Source of the DNA: Balamuthia mandrillaris
Lineage: Eukaryota
Direction of reading: 5' to 3'
Length of the DNA stretch: 64,000 nucleotides
Assembly (NCBI GenBank): GCA_031835245.2
Contig: JAVKOQ020000005.1
Location: 248,001 to 312,000, forward strand
Below, piece by piece: positions 62,101 through 64,000 of the stretch. Below the pieces are notes generated by a model, which was given only the letters and a program-made list of their open reading frames with translations, was not told the DNA's origin and searched no databases. The stretch's first letter is position 1. Every line of letters starts with the position of its first letter. Position numbers and translations under genes: made by a program.

Positions 62101-63315
62101 AGGTTCTCTCCCTTGAAACTCCACAAGCCTTTTCCATTCCTTGCATTGTATTTTAACAAACAAAACTGGAAACAGGAAGCATTTTGGGTGTTAGTAAGGT
62201 TGTGTACGGACTATGAGATGGAAGGGTTATTTTTACCTGGCTTGCCAGGGCTGGATCGTTGTACTTATATTTTGGAGCGTTTGCTTCAACATTACCTGCC
62301 AGATATTGCCCATCACCTGGTTTGCCTATCTGCTTTTCTTTATTTTCTCTTTCTTTACTTCTTTTCATCTAACCACTTCTTTACATTCCTTCTTGGTCTG
62401 TTGCTGTTCCACTTTCTTCTTCATCCTCTAAAGGAAAAGGAAAATGCGGTATGCAGCATGTATAGCACTCAATGGTTCATAACGGTTTTTACGTACAACA
62501 TGCCGTTCTCCATCGTACTGCGGATGTGGGATGTGTTCCTGTTCGAGGGTTACGGCGCCACCTTCATCTTTGCTTTATCGTTGATCAAGATGTTTGCCAA
62601 TCAGCTGCGCAAAAAGTCGTTCGAGAGCTTACTCCGCTTCCTAAAGTTCGACCCAGAGGAGGACAGCGAACCTTTCCCCAAGGTAGATCCCGAGAAGCTC
62701 ATCAAGGTCTACAAGTCGCTGGAGCGGGGCGCTTTCCAAAAGATACAAAAGTACGCCGCTGAGTACGAAACCACGGAGAGAGCTTCTCGCAATAGGAGGT
62801 ACATCGAGGAAAACCGAGAAAATCTCGGCCATGCCCCTATGCCTCCCCGTCCCGCTTCTCCTCCAAAAGTTGCTGATGAAGATGAAGAAAGCGAGGAGCT
62901 TAAAAGAGAAGGCCAACAACAACAAAAAAAGCAATCAGCGAAACCAACCACAGAGGAAACGAAGCAAAACAGTGCGGTTGTTCACGAAGAACGGGAAGCA
63001 CTGCACGAGGAAGAAAATCGAGCAGAAAGGCGGGAAGACGGTATGGCAGAGGAGGAGGAAGAGGAAGAAGATGGAGAGGAAGAAGCAGAGGAAGAAGTGA
63101 AGGCAGTGGGGAATGGGCACAACAATGACGAAGAGAACAACATGAGCACGGGTAGCAGTGACAACGATAAGCCTGGCAGCTCGCAGAAGAAGCAAAAAAA
63201 GAAAAGCGCAACCAAGGGGCCTACAAAGAAAAAGAAGAAAAAGCAACCAACAGAAACCGCCTTGGATGACGCCCAAAACACTAACAGCGAGAACGAAGGC
63301 CGACTTTCAACATAA
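59199..63315 (+). CDS. Ankyrin-repeat + TBC (Rab-GAP) protein, multi-exon
   Basis: Repeated G.T(A/P)LH.AA units, [28 protein letters not shown] (R finger), GYCQGM (Q finger), [11 protein letters not shown]. Confidence 0.92.
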
Positions 63316-63391
63316 AGGTGCAGTTGTTTGTGTAAAAAAAAAATAGCAAGAGCATGAAGAAGGAATAGAAACAAAACTTTTTTGTCTCCGT

Positions 63392-63982
63392 TTAACTAGC
63401 GTCGCTGCCGGTAAGCCTTTTCACACGAGTCATCAATGAGTCTTTGGTCACATCGTAGGGCGTGTTCTTGGAGGGAATCTCCAATATGGTCGGGAAGAGC
63501 TGGTCATAGTCGTCCAACAGGTGTCGTATATCATTGGCAACCTGGTTTATAAGTGTGTGTTGCGTTAAAATACACAATGATGACGACTAGCAGTGACTCA
63601 AAAAAGAAGGCGGGTACATCTTGAGTTATGAGAAGGATGGCGACGTCTTCCCGGCTCGTAAACTGCTTAAAAGTTTCCTCGATCTGTGACAGTTTGGTTT
63701 CTTGAAGCAAAGTTACAACTCCAGTCGCTATTTATCAGGGGGGCAAAGAGGGGAAACATACTGTTGTCAACCACAAGAAAGTTCGTGCTACGCTTCTGGT
63801 TAACATCGCCAACACCCGCCAGCAGAAAACCTGTTACCGTATCCTAACAGACAGACAAAGGCTTCTGATGAGTGGACTCAGAGACATAACGCATTGGAGG
63901 ACAAAAACAAAGGCACCTCGTCCCCAATGATGGAGAGAAGAGAACCCCCTTCACGTTGACGCATTCGAGATCTGGTGGCCAT
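63392..63982 (-). CDS. ATP6V1F: V-type H+-ATPase subunit F, 4 exons
   Basis: IIGDE|DTVTGFLLAGVG...NFLVVD, IEETFKQFTSREDVAILLI, ILEIPSK..PYD..KDSL. Confidence 0.95.
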
Positions 63983-64000
63983 GGCTCTCTCTGTTTTTCT

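Overview
Intron-rich eukaryotic DNA with short GT-AG introns and many (CT)n microsatellites. A free-living amoebozoan such as Balamuthia is plausible, but that is inference only. Housekeeping genes flank the window. Left arm (1-30.4 kb): a Rab GTPase, TMEM181, an F-box/LRR gene, three intronless orphans sharing a short motif, PIP5K, USP12/46, TMEM184, HIBCH, GPD1 and GCLC. Right arm (56.8-64 kb): POLR1E, an ankyrin-TBC gene and ATP6V1F. Between them is a ~26 kb accessory island (30.5-56.5 kb). It holds an internally deleted Crypton, a bacterial-type AAA-ATPase/PD-(D/E)XK nuclease gene with a spliceosomal intron and a mitochondrial-like leader, and a TnpB/Fanzor C-terminal remnant followed by a structured putative omegaRNA. 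It also holds a decayed Transib/RAG1-like transposase split by a solo LTR, Gypsy integrase debris, many fragments of one LINE, and an intact copy of that LINE with three AUGA-coupled ORFs nested (13-bp TSD) in the RNase H of a second LINE. An intronless SAP-REase-kinase gene closes the island. Gene boundaries were read by eye and no database searches were run.
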